DNA of 64,000 bases from Ascidiella aspersa (taxonomy: Eukaryota): NCBI GenBank assembly GCA_963924565.1, contig OZ004612.1:8618001-8682000 (forward strand). Reading direction: 5' to 3'. A program made the translations under genes and the position numbers. Of this stretch, positions 51,166 through 64,000 are shown piece after piece. Positions within the stretch are counted from its first letter, which is position 1. The number at the start of each line of letters is the position of its first letter. The notes under the pieces were generated by a model. It had not been told where the DNA came from. It saw nothing but the letters and a program-made list of their open reading frames with translations, and made no database searches.

Positions 51166-52540
51166 AACGCCCGCTAGCCTAGCATCTAATTGTACAAAAA
51201 ATTGCTTCTAAAATGATAATAATCTACAGTTCGCACACTTCTAATATGAATAAGTGCATATAACTGTACATCAGATTGTCAGACCGCAAAAAATGTAATG
51301 AGCGCTTCATTAGGAAAATGTGTTTGTTTGGTTTTCGTTAAAAACCGTATGCAAAATGAAATGGTTAAGCTCTCGGTCCAAGTTTGTTTAGCTTAAGGGG
51401 ATAAACTTTAAGATCTTGTCGAAAACATAAGGAAACGCCCAAATAAGTTTAAAATACGCTCAGGAAATTAAGTCTTGGCATTGTAGCTACCAAAAGGTAT
51501 AATATTTAAAAGGCAAAAACGGCTTCGCTGACAGCCACAGAACAGGCAAAGCACTATAGTTGTGGTAACACGTAGGCAGCGACCTTTGCATTTATACCTT
51601 GGGCCATTCACGCGCAACCCATCTTGCGACCGGAAGCACGTGACGCCACCGTGTGACCTCGAGACTTTCTGTCGAGTTGACAAACATCAGAAAGGTGGTA
51701 CGGCGGATGGGAGGCACCGCTTTGACCCCGCACGCGCGTGGTTTCGACACAACAGGAATCGTTTAACTGGCGTTCTGAAAGGAAATCGGTATAGTCCGAA
51801 AACAGCTGAGGCCACAATATTATTCACGATTTTTTTATAAGCTGTAAACTCCCGTGTTAATATTTGTTTAACTTCATTAACTTTCCTATAGCTTCATTGT
51901 ATATTCGAGATTTTCAGTAGAGGTAGTAACAAATTTTCCAGCTGTTTCATTAAGTGTGATTGCGATAATTTTTGACGTGATCAAATTTTGGAAAACCTAT
52001 ACTATCTCACAATTATTTCTATAATAATTTAAAGCAACTAAAAAAATTATACAATCCTGAAATGTATACAGAAAATTCATGGAATTGTAGGTTGACAGTA
52101 AACTTCACATTTAAATTACCAATTCTTATTATCTCAAGACCATATGCTTTTTATGCGTAACGTCGACATTATCGTCAAAACAAAAAAACAAAGTAGACTA
52201 CAAAAAAAGTGGTAAACTACAAAAAAGTGGTAGATTTTCGCGCAAAATTAAAATGTAAAACATTTTGCTGTTTTTCACAGCAGTCTATACTTTCAAACCA
52301 GCTTTAGTGACAGGTGTGCTGAGCTCAATGTTTATCGGAGGAGCTTTAGCACTGAGCCACCTATCTGGGAAAATACAGGTTTGGCCAGGGGTAAGCGTCC
52401 TAAAATGATGCGTGCAAGATCAACGCAAGCGCAGGTTTACCAGAGTTTTTCTGGCAATTCGTTTTTGCACCACATTTCAGCAAACAAAGCGAGTTAGGAT
52501 TGTACTAAGAGCTAACGAAAACGAAGCGGATTCTTTTCTA

Positions 52541-52973
52541 AAGGGCGGATCTAGGTTTTTATTTGGGGTCTCATGACAATTTTTATTTAAAGATTATACG
52601 TCAAAAATGTTACACGTAAACGTAACGTTATCAAATATAACCTTAAGAACATCCCACAGTTTGTTTATTTTTTGAAGTTGTATGTTAGAGAGATGTTATT
52701 TTCAAGACTAAGCTATACATTAAAAAGATGCAGGCGATTCGCTGAAAGCGCAAACATGCTTTAATATCGCTTTAGTTGCTCCAACTTTCATTTTCGATGT
52801 TTTCATTTGAGTACAAAAGTGGAGCAACTTTTTCGAATTAGGCTAAATATCAGTCCAGCTGCTATTGCTCACGAAATCGCTCACGGATAGCGATTGTAAG
52901 ATTATTTTTTGTATGTATGACGTAAGTGTAAAAATTTTCATGCGGAGCCAACAAAAATTGTGGGTCCGCCCAT
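52541..52973. mobile_element. degenerate PIF/Harbinger-like MITE
   Basis: Ends AAGGGCGGATCTAG / TGGGTCCGCCCAT; TSD not clean. Confidence 0.4.
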
Positions 52974-53577
52974 CCACTTTAAACAGAAAATAACCAGATT
53001 CGAAAAAGAGAGGCCAACGTTTTCAAAATCGCTTTATTGATTCGGCGAAAGAAGACAATTTGCCATTCACAAAATCGATCCACGAGAAGTCGGTTAGGAA
53101 AAGTAAATGAACGCCAAGTGTGCGCATTTGGCTACTATATCGCATTCTGGCACGTTCGGCACGCTCCAATTAAAACTGGGCATCGCTGCGTTATAAAACT
53201 TTGTAAAACTTTTTTATTGTAAACCCACAAAAGGCGCGAAAGCGTGAAGGCGTGAAAGATTGGTTTTTGTCGGTATCGCATTCGACTTTCACTTGCAGCA
53301 CGGTTCATGGAAAATGTCAAACGTATTGCGCGTCTATAGTTAAAAACTAGCGGTGATTTGTTAAACCTTAACCGGAAAACCGAAAAAAAACCGCAGATTT
53401 AGCTAAAAAATGTGCGGAAAAGACCAACTGAGGATATTTTTGTTGATCGGTCCATCTCATACAAAACATACTATTTTCAATGAAAACTCGAACTATTCGG
53501 CGGTTGTTAATATAAACCAAAATTATCTCCGTACACTTTAGAGTTTAGAGGATAATGGCTGGAGGTTGTAGTAAGAC

Positions 53578-53720
53578 ATAGTAAGAATGTGTGTCAAAGC
53601 CCATACAGAAGTATGTAGCATTTTAAACGTTTCGCATATTCCTGATGTTTGAAATGAGTAAAGAGATATTAGAAACGTTTAAATGCTGCCTACTTCTGTA
53701 TGGGCCTTGACATTCGTAAT
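53578..53720. mobile_element. short palindromic MITE (~45-bp TIR)
   Basis: TGTCAAAGCCCATACAGAAGTATGTAGCATTTTAAACGTTTC is inverted as GAAACGTTTAAATGCTGCCTACTTCTGTATGGGCCTTGACA; half copies at 9735 and 33252. Confidence 0.8.
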
Positions 53721-56700
53721 ATAGATTTCTATATAGGTTTGCAATTTAATGTTCTTTAATATCCATTTATTTTACTTATAACTTGACTATTGTACTGGGT
53801 TGCTTCCATCAGATCTCTATTTAGACAAGTTAAGTTTCCGTTTTGTGTCCATAATCTTTTATTTTTCAAGTGGCAAAAGTTAAAACAAACAAGCACGTGG
53901 TACGCCGTGTCGCAAAAGGCCGTTTGATACAGTTTAATTGGGTTGGAACACCAAGGCTGAAAATGGTGAACGTCGTGCATATAAAACAAACATTGCATTC
54001 TGAAGGATGACATTAACGGACGATTTACAGAGGCGGATTAATTCAGCTTTAACACAAGGTGAACAGGTTAATCCAGAACGCTAATGTCAGCAGGACAGTA
54101 CGATTGCGGCGTTGCTGCAAAATTACAGCAGCTTTAACGCTTGTAACAGAAACGTGTCGAAATAAACTGCGTCAACCAACCGAAAAATAGTCCAAGTCAC
54201 GCAGTTTTAGCATGTCATTCTGCCAAGACCTTGTGAAAACATTTCATCGACAAAAGGTGTGTGGGTACACGACGATGGGTGTAACGTTTCTTTCGCGCAC
54301 GGAGCTTACACCACGAGGGCCAAGGTCAAGCCCAAGGGCGTTGGTAGATCGACTTGTGTTAAAAGAATAGGATTTGCTACACCAGGGGCGACTTTATTTT
54401 GTGATTTTTTGGGTATGGTTTAGATGTTACACAAACGTTTTTCAGGTATTTGGAGTTTGTCAATGTGGACACTTTTTTGGTACAGAGTAGATATTTTGTT
54501 AATTAAATCAAATGATGTGGCAGCCTAAAAATAGACATATTGTTATTTTCAGGTTAATCATTACCATTAGCATGTTAACGATGCGCTATTGTGCTAAACA
54601 AATGACCTCAAGAATGTTTTTTGGATCTCATTTCATCTTTTTTGGTGCGGATGTAAGTTTTTTCTGTTATTAGGTGTCTGTAAATATAAAAGCTTTGACA
54701 ATCATTATGGATTGCGAAAAGCCAATCCTTCCATAAGACAATGCAGAAGTATGGTGAAGTTTACATAACAAAACGTCTAATCAATATTTTATCTTTTATA
54801 TTTTAAAGCATGTCTCTGTTTATGATCTTCTCAATTTCGGTCATTTTGCCATTGGTATTTACTCAAATGCACAGAGTGCAGGTGCGCCACGGCTGGCCCA
54901 TACACTGACCATACGATAATATAAACAAACACTTATCTATGCGACGCAATTGCGTGAAGCAATGAAGCATCTTGTTAAACGGCTGAGTGAACGATCATTA
55001 AGGCTATACCTCTTGGAACGGCAATCAGTCGAGATGAGTTCCTGGAACTTTTGCAAAGCCCGGTTTTAGCACGATTGCGCTGTAAATGTTTACGAGCCGT
55101 GGAAATTGGGCGGACGGAATTAGCCCGACCGACTGGCAGCCTGATTAAGCACTAAATATGATTGTTTAATTATATCGTAAAGGGCGCAATACTGGCGCTT
55201 TGAGCATTTGTACAATTAGCTTTTTCATAAATACGTTCTATTCATGCCAACAGCCAGTGTATTTTAAAGTGTTCAAAGCTGTCTCGCAAACTTATTCAAC
55301 AATATTTTATGTAACGTCAGCAGTTTAGCAATTTTAATTTAAAAATCGGTATCTTAATGTTTCTTAGCGGTCACGAAAGTCAAACCGATAAAAAAAAAAG
55401 TCAACAAGTGTCTGATATTTCGTGCAATTTAAACAACTACAAACCTACAACGGAAACAATGACCTGGATTACTACAGAAGTCAGGATCTGCTACAAAAGA
55501 TATCTATAACTTGAATATTAATAAAAAAGCCAAACAGGTCGAGTAAATCGACAATTCAGTCAATTCTTACTGACGATGATACATTTTGAAACGTTTTTCT
55601 GAAGATGACTTCCAGTTACAAGACCCATTTTGACCTTGTTGTTCAATATGTAAGCAACATTGCATATCGTTGCGCATAATGTATACCCATGTTTGTAAAA
55701 CTCCGCTGTAAAAAGATCCCCTCCAGAAGCAAAACACTTTGTTCTAGGTCGTAGTTGGCCGAAAACACGCGATTGATCTTCGGAAAGCTCCTTGCCCATG
55801 CGGTTACCCCAAAGCCCACGCGGCGCCCCCAATCATCACGTGAGGCTGATGGGGGCGAAGGGCCAAACTGAAAACTGAAACGTCAAGAAGGGAAGTGCGT
55901 ATTGCGATAATGGATGATGCGCTGAGACCGCCAAAGTGAAACTCGATCTTTACTCTCGCCCAAAAGGGCACGAAGTCGAACGAGATGGCAACAGATAACA
56001 CTTACAGGGGGGCAGGGATTTTAAGGAGGTGGTTTGGGAGGGGGGGTTAAGTCTAAAGTATAGGATTTTATCGGAATCCAACGAAGAAAGGTATTCCAGA
56101 GAAAGCTAACAAATCTTGCGAGGGCACTCTTTGTTGTTTTTACGCCTTTACTTAGCCACCGTGATGACCATTTCGCAAATTGAACGAATGAAAATGCCAA
56201 AAAAAACATTAATAAGAGAAATCACGATTGTTACCAATTTTGTACGATCAGCTTTATGTTGAAACAGTTAGCGGTGTCAACATACAAAGACGCCATGATG
56301 TATTGTAGCGATATAACAGGTAAAAATATTTCTCAGTAGGTGGAGATGGTGGAGTTTGAGAAATGACATGTCAATTGTCAACCCTCCTGACGTTGACAGC
56401 TTGAGGTAAATGGGGATGAAACAAGAGCCCAGCGATGCGGGAGAGGTTTATTCGAAGGGGACCAGTATAGGGGTCCTCGGTATACCAGTGTTGAATGACC
56501 TAACGTATACTTGTGATACAAAGTAGCGTTCTTGTTTATTTTTTATATGCACACCAAAACCCACATCCTGTGTCGTATATAGATTTGCGCGCGATCTTGA
56601 ATAGCGTAAAAGGACGTGTAATGTGTAAAGATTCTACTTGATGATTATTTTAATCGAAAGATTAATCTTAAAATAAAGTTTGTAGCTAAAAGTTGGTGTT

Positions 56701-59524
56701 TGAGGGGAGGAATGAGGGCATACTTTCCATGCCAAAAAGTGAACCCAGGACACGAATTCGACGAGCGCGCGAAACTCGAAAACCAAAAATATAACGGTTA
56801 AAATCGGGGGCGGAAATTCCAGGGCTGCAAAAATAGCGGCACATCAAAACAGGCAAGCAAAGGCGACAGCGACGATAAATATAAATGTCAGGGATGGGAG
56901 TGAAGGGTCAAGGGAGGCGTGAAAGTTGGGTAAAGCGACGGTGGCGAGCAGACGCGATTTAGTTTGGTCGCTCCAGGGCGGAGGAACCCAAGCACTGTTT
57001 TGACAACAGAGATCGAAACACGAAAAACACTTTGTATCGGCGACGGTGAAGCGAAGGAGAGAGTCAAGTCGAAGTGCGGGCGCGGTTTGGTTCACTTGGC
57101 TACCCAACGCCCCTCTCCCATGGCCCACTACGGTCACGCCAATGCGACCCCCTGGGTTGATTTTTGCAAGGCCTCGTTTTGAGCAGTTGGCTCCTGTTTT
57201 TTTTGGTGCCGCTTGTGATCATTTAGGGTGGGTGGAAGTTTTTGTCACATCAAAGGGAAACTTGTATAAAGCGCAGCTGACTTGAAAGTCTTTGTAGGGT
57301 CATGTTGAAGATGCAGTTTTGTTTTTCGTTCGACAGTTTGTTTGTTTGTGCTTATCCTTGTGCGTGGCAAATAAAACTTACCTACTAAAGTCGGGTTAAT
57401 CTGCGTGGTTAAACCACGTAATTGAGTCAAACACGGGAAAGCAGGAACGGATACATGTCAATAGTGTATCGACACAATTCCAATATCAGACGATTAGTTT
57501 TGTGTTGACACGCGTTTAAAAAAAATGTGTTATCGAGGTTCTTTCGACACATGCTTTGACAACATTTTGTCAATTAGCAAATAACCTCAAAAAAACTTGT
57601 TACACAAGAATGCAATTAACGCCACTAAAACTATCTCTTCAATATCTGTACGACTCAAGGAATTAGCCAATCAGGAAATAATAAAGTCGTACAATTTTGA
57701 TGGGTAACAGACTGCCCATGCAATACCAATTCAATCTACTGGAGTGTGACTGGGTATACTACACAATGGTTACGGTTACCGTTAAAAACTGGCCTGGCAC
57801 ATTGTGTGGACTGCATGCAAAAGTGGTAGAACTCATCCCGCAATAACGTAAGATGGTAAAAAATTATAATATATGAATATAACAGCTTCATAGTTTAATT
57901 GACCAATATCAAGTTATTGCTACGTTCTCCTGTGGAACAGCGAATGGTTTTGCAGTGCTGAAAATGCAAATGACCAAATAAAGAACACAGCGCATTTTAA
58001 AGAAATCCATTTATTTCAAATTTTGGCAACACGGAACAGTCATGTCATTGCGTTTGTGTGATCTCTGGTGCGTTACCTGCTGCCAAATTTCAAGCCGATT
58101 GCTAGGATTTCTCGGCGCCATTGGGAGGCAACGGCCAATATAAATATTATTTGTTCTGTCAGTGGTTAAGAGAGATTCTTCAGAGCTTTGGAAGTGTTCG
58201 AGCGTAAGGCGGCTTGATCTCTGTTCATAACTGCGTTTGGGTAAACAGATTTTACGACTTCTCGAACTGTCAGTGAAACCTCAACGTTAGTTTAAATACG
58301 ATTTACCTCGAAACAGTAGAGAAAGTAAATTGGAACAGCATTCTTGGAAAATAATTATCTCTGGTTCGCCGTACTGGTAAAAACAATCCTTCTTTCTCAA
58401 AAATATAATTAAATATGGTTAGAAGTTAAAACTTCAGATGATTTTCCCCATTTTGCAATATAGGGTAATTTCGTGCTTTAATCGAAAGACCATCATGTTC
58501 TAAAAAAGGCATCATGTTCTAAAATCGCCTTCATACAGTTGAAAAACTATTTTGTTATTGAGATCTTCAATTGTTTTAAGAATGAAAACAATATGACAAC
58601 AAAGGTAGAAAAAATTGGAAATTGTCAATTAAGGACAAAATGATCCTATACAGTCATATTGGGATGAGTGATGCAAACAGCATTAAAAATTCCGTAATCT
58701 AAAAAAATAATTTACTGTTTCGCTCTGTATATTGTTTAGATTATTTACGCTTACGGTTTATAGGAATAAAAAACGCGCAATGTTCGTTTAATACTTCGAA
58801 CAGATGTAACCCTGTTCGAGTGTACGTTCCCAACCAGGGTTACATTTTGTAAGCAAAAAATGTGCAAACCTTTAACTATAAGCCATTTAGTTTTTGAACA
58901 GTACACTTGGCAAAATCAATCTGGAACTGGTTTAAGAAGTATTATACATAACTTATTAAAGACAACATTTTTCTTTTGGAATAAACTACAAAAACAATTA
59001 AGACGATGATCAAAGTTGGGATATGAGCGTCCAAGGCTTGTGTACATCCCTATAGTCTTAAACAAGCAATACGACAGTAAGTCGTTCCGTTTGTCGTCAA
59101 AGCGATTAAAATACTTATCAGGCAGGGGCGAATCGAAACCAGGACCTATATGTAATCTTGCAGCATTCCCAACATTCCGTGCTCATGTATTTACTAAAAA
59201 CAGCTATAGCTGGTGAAAGGTGGCGTCGTGCCAGATCGGCTCTGCTGTTTATGTAGAAGCTTCTCTGTCCAAACAAAAGAAACAACGAAGGCCTGCGATC
59301 CATCAGCAGCCGAAACAACAGAGGGACCGGGATTGTCGCGTGTCTCTCGGCGGTTGCGACTCTCGCGCGGCAAGCGACAACAGACACGCGACGCGCTTTA
59401 GTCAAACCAAATTTATTTTTCTTTCATTATTGCGGCTGCCAGTTTAGCGATCGGAAATTATTGTGATTTGATGTTCATACATATGACGTTATTATTTACT
59501 GAATTAGAATAAAATCGTTGCCAT

Positions 59525-59887
59525 TGGGGTGTCCGATAATTTCGGATCGAGTCAAAACTCGATTCCAAGTGTAAGTATCGGTACTCGTCCGATATAAAAG
59601 GGATACCAAATTTTTATAGCAATTTTAACCATTATTTGTATTTCATTGTAGCCATTTCTGCATCGAAAGCAGTAAAAAAAAGTATAGGTCAAAAACAAAG
59701 GGAGCTAAACTAATTTTGGCCTATTAACTTGTATAAAGAACATTAGAACGTTTTAATTTTATCTAGTTTGCTTGTTTGGGCAAAGTAATTATGTCATTTA
59801 GTATCGGATCGGATCGACTGCGGTACCTTTTGTCCAAGCTATCTTGTATCGCCTTTGAAATAAAATGTCAAGTTTTGGACACCCCCA
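59525..59887. mobile_element. hAT (Ac-type) MITE
   Basis: TIR TGGGGTGTCCGA / TGGACACCCCCA; TSD GTTGCCAT / GTTGTCAT (7/8); TATCGG/TCGGATC subterminal repeats. Confidence 0.75.
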
Positions 59888-62800
59888 GTTGTCATATACA
59901 GTGTTTTTCTTCATAACAAATAGTCATTGTACCAATAATTTCTATATTTTTTTTCTCGGCTTTGAAACTAAACTACAGTGTGCTTCGGCAATATTTGGAC
60001 AAATACACACGTCTTTTTAAAGCACACACACTTTATAGCCATTAATAATATATCGCTATGGGGACAATTATCAAACTCCCCGTATAAGAGAAAATATAAA
60101 CACCCAGTCTGACTTCTCGGTTTGACCTCGCCCCTATATTGGCCAGTATATAAAATCGATATTGACAGCTTGGTGTGCGTATACTCGTTCGCTTTTTTAG
60201 CAGAACGTTGATAGAATGCAGATCCTTGTGTAAAACCTTTGTTCACTCTGCTCGTAACGTTAGTCTATTTTTGTTCTTACAGCCAACAATATGCCCAGTG
60301 CTATAAGCTAAACATACACTACATGTGCGTAAGCGAAATTCAATTACTTAAAATAAGTGAATGAGTTCCTGTCGTGACGTTTATGTAGGTTTTAGGTAAT
60401 TGCGTTCAGTTTCACTTCTATACGTTCATTTCCTCATTTAACTGACTAATAATAGATCTAATGGGAGTATAAATTGCGCAGTGCAGAAATGGTGTGACCG
60501 ATAACAAAGCATTCAAGATAATTGGTTTAAAAAAACAAAGGTGATTGGCCAATGGTCATATATAAAAATAAATTTATGTATTAGTCCTACGTTTTACAAT
60601 ACATAAACTTTAGAATCTATAAAATAAATGTAAAATAAATTCATAAACTCAAAGGATGGAAAATCGATTTGCTCACTGACAGAACGAAAGTCTTTTATAC
60701 GGCAGGCCGTAATATACGTTCACAAGTTCAGAATTTTAAGGTATTACTATTTTTTGGGTAATAGGGAGTACAGACGCGTACTTAGACAAAAATATTTTTC
60801 CACAGGTTTTCCTATAAACGGCATTAAAGCATAACTCAGCAAACTAACTCCGCAACCAGTCATTATCGCGCCGGCAAAAGTCAGCCGTTCCCTAAAGTTT
60901 ATGTAGCCAATCTGGCGGCTTTGACGTTGAAGCCATGATGAAGTGGATCGCTTACAAAATATGCAGAAAACATAATGCGATGATTGATGTTGGACAATAT
61001 TTTATTGATTCAAATTTCAAGGACTCAAAACCGGGCAAACAACTCAGCCGTGTATCGTCCTAAATAAATTTAGACCATGCATTTGGTTCAAATAATCATT
61101 TTTAGCTTTAACGTTAATAAAGGGTTGATTTTCGTTTGTTGTATTTCTAGTTTCTGACAAGTTCACCTATTAAAAATCTAGTTAGAACAAATTTCTTATT
61201 TTTTTCAAAGGAAACACGGCTAAAATATCCTCACAAAACTGGCATCGGTTGGTCGAGACACAGCAGTTACCGCGAGGCATCGGGCATCAAGTATAAGCTC
61301 CGTTAATATCGAACATATCTTGCGCTGGCGTGCATATATACAAAGTTGCAGCAAACAGTGGCGGTCCTGTGCGGTCCCGGGCGACGTTCGCAGTCGAGAT
61401 GCGCCGAAAGATAAGCGATTAGCGGGCTTAGCGCGCCGCATTACGCCATCCCAGGACACAGATTACCAGAGCGCCGCCTCACCGCTGTAAATAAACACAC
61501 GCCGCATCGCAAGTCAACGGTCCAATTGCCCTGCGCATGTAAAGCAGTACAGAGTATCGACGATGTCATCAAATATCTATGAACATGGAATCAGTTGTAA
61601 TCATTCACTTATAGAGGAAAAGAAGGTTGCTGAGAGCAATCTTGCATGTGCCCTCTGTGGTCCTATTGCAATAAATTTCGAGTTGAGGGAAAATACACAT
61701 TCGCAGAACAATTTTTTAAATATAACATATCCAGGAATAAGCGTATGTTTACCGAATATCATTGTACCGAATATCATTGTTTTCCGAATATCATTGTATA
61801 TACCAGCAGGCTGTAGTCTCTGAACTACAAAACCTTATACTAAACGAAATATGTATTTATAATATTTTAAGATTTAAATAGCTGTATGTATAACGCGGTA
61901 AGTTATTCAATAAAACGGTTTCTATTGCAAGAGATTTTTGTTGGGATAAGAAGTACACATTTAAACTCGTTAGGGCCAATTTAATTTAGAGATGGATATG
62001 TCCTTTCTACATACTGTACACCTTTTGAATAGTGGTTTCAATGTCTTGCTTTAAACACAGCAACTGATTAGTAACAGATCACATAGTGGTTCTTTTAAGT
62101 GTGTAAAATCGAACTCGACTTGTGTCGGCAATAGAGCAATGTTGTACCTGCCCGGTCATAAAAATCGCACAAACGACAAAAAGGGGGATTGCCTGGACAT
62201 AAACAGTTGTTTGACAGGCGATATACGAGCCCATTGCTCAAAGCGGTGTTGCTATTCTAACGTGTCAGGATTAAGCGGCGCCTAAACCGATCAAGGCAAC
62301 CCGAGCGATTGGCTCGAAACGTCTATTTCGAATCGTTCAAGCCACATTATGCCGACGCCGAAGCATCAAAAGCTTACATAATTCGTCTCGCTAAGGAAAG
62401 GTGTAGCTGCTAACTTTAATGGATCAGCGAACGCCGAAAGGCCCACAAGTTCGCGGGCGCTGTTTCGCACACAAACACATCACGTTATGAAATTTTGAGA
62501 CGCTCTGCGAACTCTATTTGGATTGATCCACCACAAACCACGTCAAATGCATTACACTGGTTGATCGGGTTATAAGGCCGAAAGGCCGAGTCCTTTGTAA
62601 ACTGATGATTTTTTCGGCCGATGTTGCCAAACTCGTTAAAACCTAATTCACACTGAATCTGAATGTCTTCTTAAAAAATATCCTTGGCCTTGCAAGCAGA
62701 TGAAGACACTGACTTTAAATTAAACAAATCTTTTTCCTCTATCGTAATTATCAAAGTAATTCATGGAGGATTTGTTCCAATAAAGAGACTGAAGATGCGT

Positions 62801-63459
62801 TTGTGGCGACTTTTATTTTTCCTTATATCTAAAAAAACAACTGATTTTGATTGCAAAAAACCTTAAAGAACTTTTGTCTCATTCAGGCGCCCAAGTCTTT
62901 TGACATTTCAACCAACCGAAAAATATGGCCAAAAAGGGAGCTTGTCATTTAATTGACAAAGCCACAAAAAACTGGCCCGGGAAAGGTCAGGCAAGAGAGC
63001 TGATCCGATGGGATGAGATATGGGACAGGGTGTCAAGTTGCCTTTAGTTGAGCGCCTTAAGCCTGCGATCAAGGGTATTGCCTTATGTGGTTTAGTCGCG
63101 CCTGGATATGAAGCGATTCGATTTCACTTTTTGACAAACAAATTGCAGCTTATCCCCGGCAATTTGTTTGGAATTAATGCATTCGTCGGAAGTTGCAAGT
63201 GTAAAATTTCATAAGAATTTTTGAGCATCTATAGAGTTTTGTCTTGACATCTTTATATTAGAAACCCATTACTGATTTTGATCGTTTTATCTATTAAGCT
63301 TGATTCATGCTATTTTTATAATTGTCAAGCAATTAAAACATGAACAAAAAGCGTAAACTAACATATTCAGGGGTTGGAAAGACTTTTCAGGTCAAAGGAT
63401 TTATTAGCTAGTTTCGTCTTGAAATCAACGTTTGCCTAATTTTAATCTTGTTGTCTAAT

Positions 63460-63699
63460 AAGCTTAGTTTATACTTATTAAAACTGCTGTGTTACACATA
63501 TATGGATAAACGTTCTAAACCAACGTGTTCAGCGGTCGAAAAGACATTTTAGTTCAAGAAAATTTATGTTATCTATGAAATCGTCATGAAATCAGCGTTT
63601 CAGAAACCCACTACTAATTTCAAGCTTAGTTTATACTCCGTACAATTGTTGTTTTACAAATATATGTGAACAAAAGCTTAAACCAACGTGTTCAGCGGT
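63460..63699. repeat. degenerate direct duplication (~77 bp, period ~162)
   Basis: AAGCTTAGTTTATACT...TAAACCAACGTGTTCAGCGGT at 63460-63536 and 63622-63699. Confidence 0.75.
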
Positions 63700-64000
63700 T
63701 TGCCAGAAGTCTAGTTGAAAATCATGACATTTAGGTATAGTTGTATCTTCGACTTAACAGTTTGGGTGTCGGTTTTAGGGGTTTCAAGGGTTATTGAATT
63801 GCACCACAAGGCGCAGCGCTCAAGTTCAAGGGGGCGTACAATCGCTAAGATCTTCGGGGTAAGGGTAGGCGACTAAATCAACAAGCGCACAATATGTGTG
63901 GTCGAAAAGGCGGCTGAGAACACGCTTTGAAACATTAGCGCTAATGAGCGAAAGGAAATGGCTCGTTGTCAATATGAACGATAGCTCGACGCTCCTGTTA

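Overview
AT-rich animal genomic DNA with spliceosomal GT-AG introns and many non-autonomous DNA transposons. It is not prokaryotic: no rRNA, tRNA or CRISPR array was seen. The compact introns, chordate-like proteins and mosaic CpG depletion suggest an invertebrate chordate such as a tunicate; this is inference only. Recognisable genes, all on the + strand: intronless MRPL51 (5993-6451), a 6-exon C19orf47 orthologue (6934-10740) starting 482 bp downstream in a possible trans-spliced operon, and a 3-exon CDC42EP/Borg gene (43844-46188). The window starts with the last two exons of an unidentified gene whose splice junction has a frame problem. The most interesting item is a spliced minus-strand gene missed by the ORF track (about 11805-20541). 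It has a signal-peptide-like exon and a basic/dibasic-rich, Cys-free body, so it may be a secreted peptide precursor, and it lies in a region rich in CRE motifs. Also present are a multi-hairpin, miRNA-cluster-like segment near 30.35-30.62 kb, nested hAT MITEs, and a long-TIR element with an unusual 7-bp TSD. All gene models and counts were made by eye and need RNA-seq or homology confirmation.
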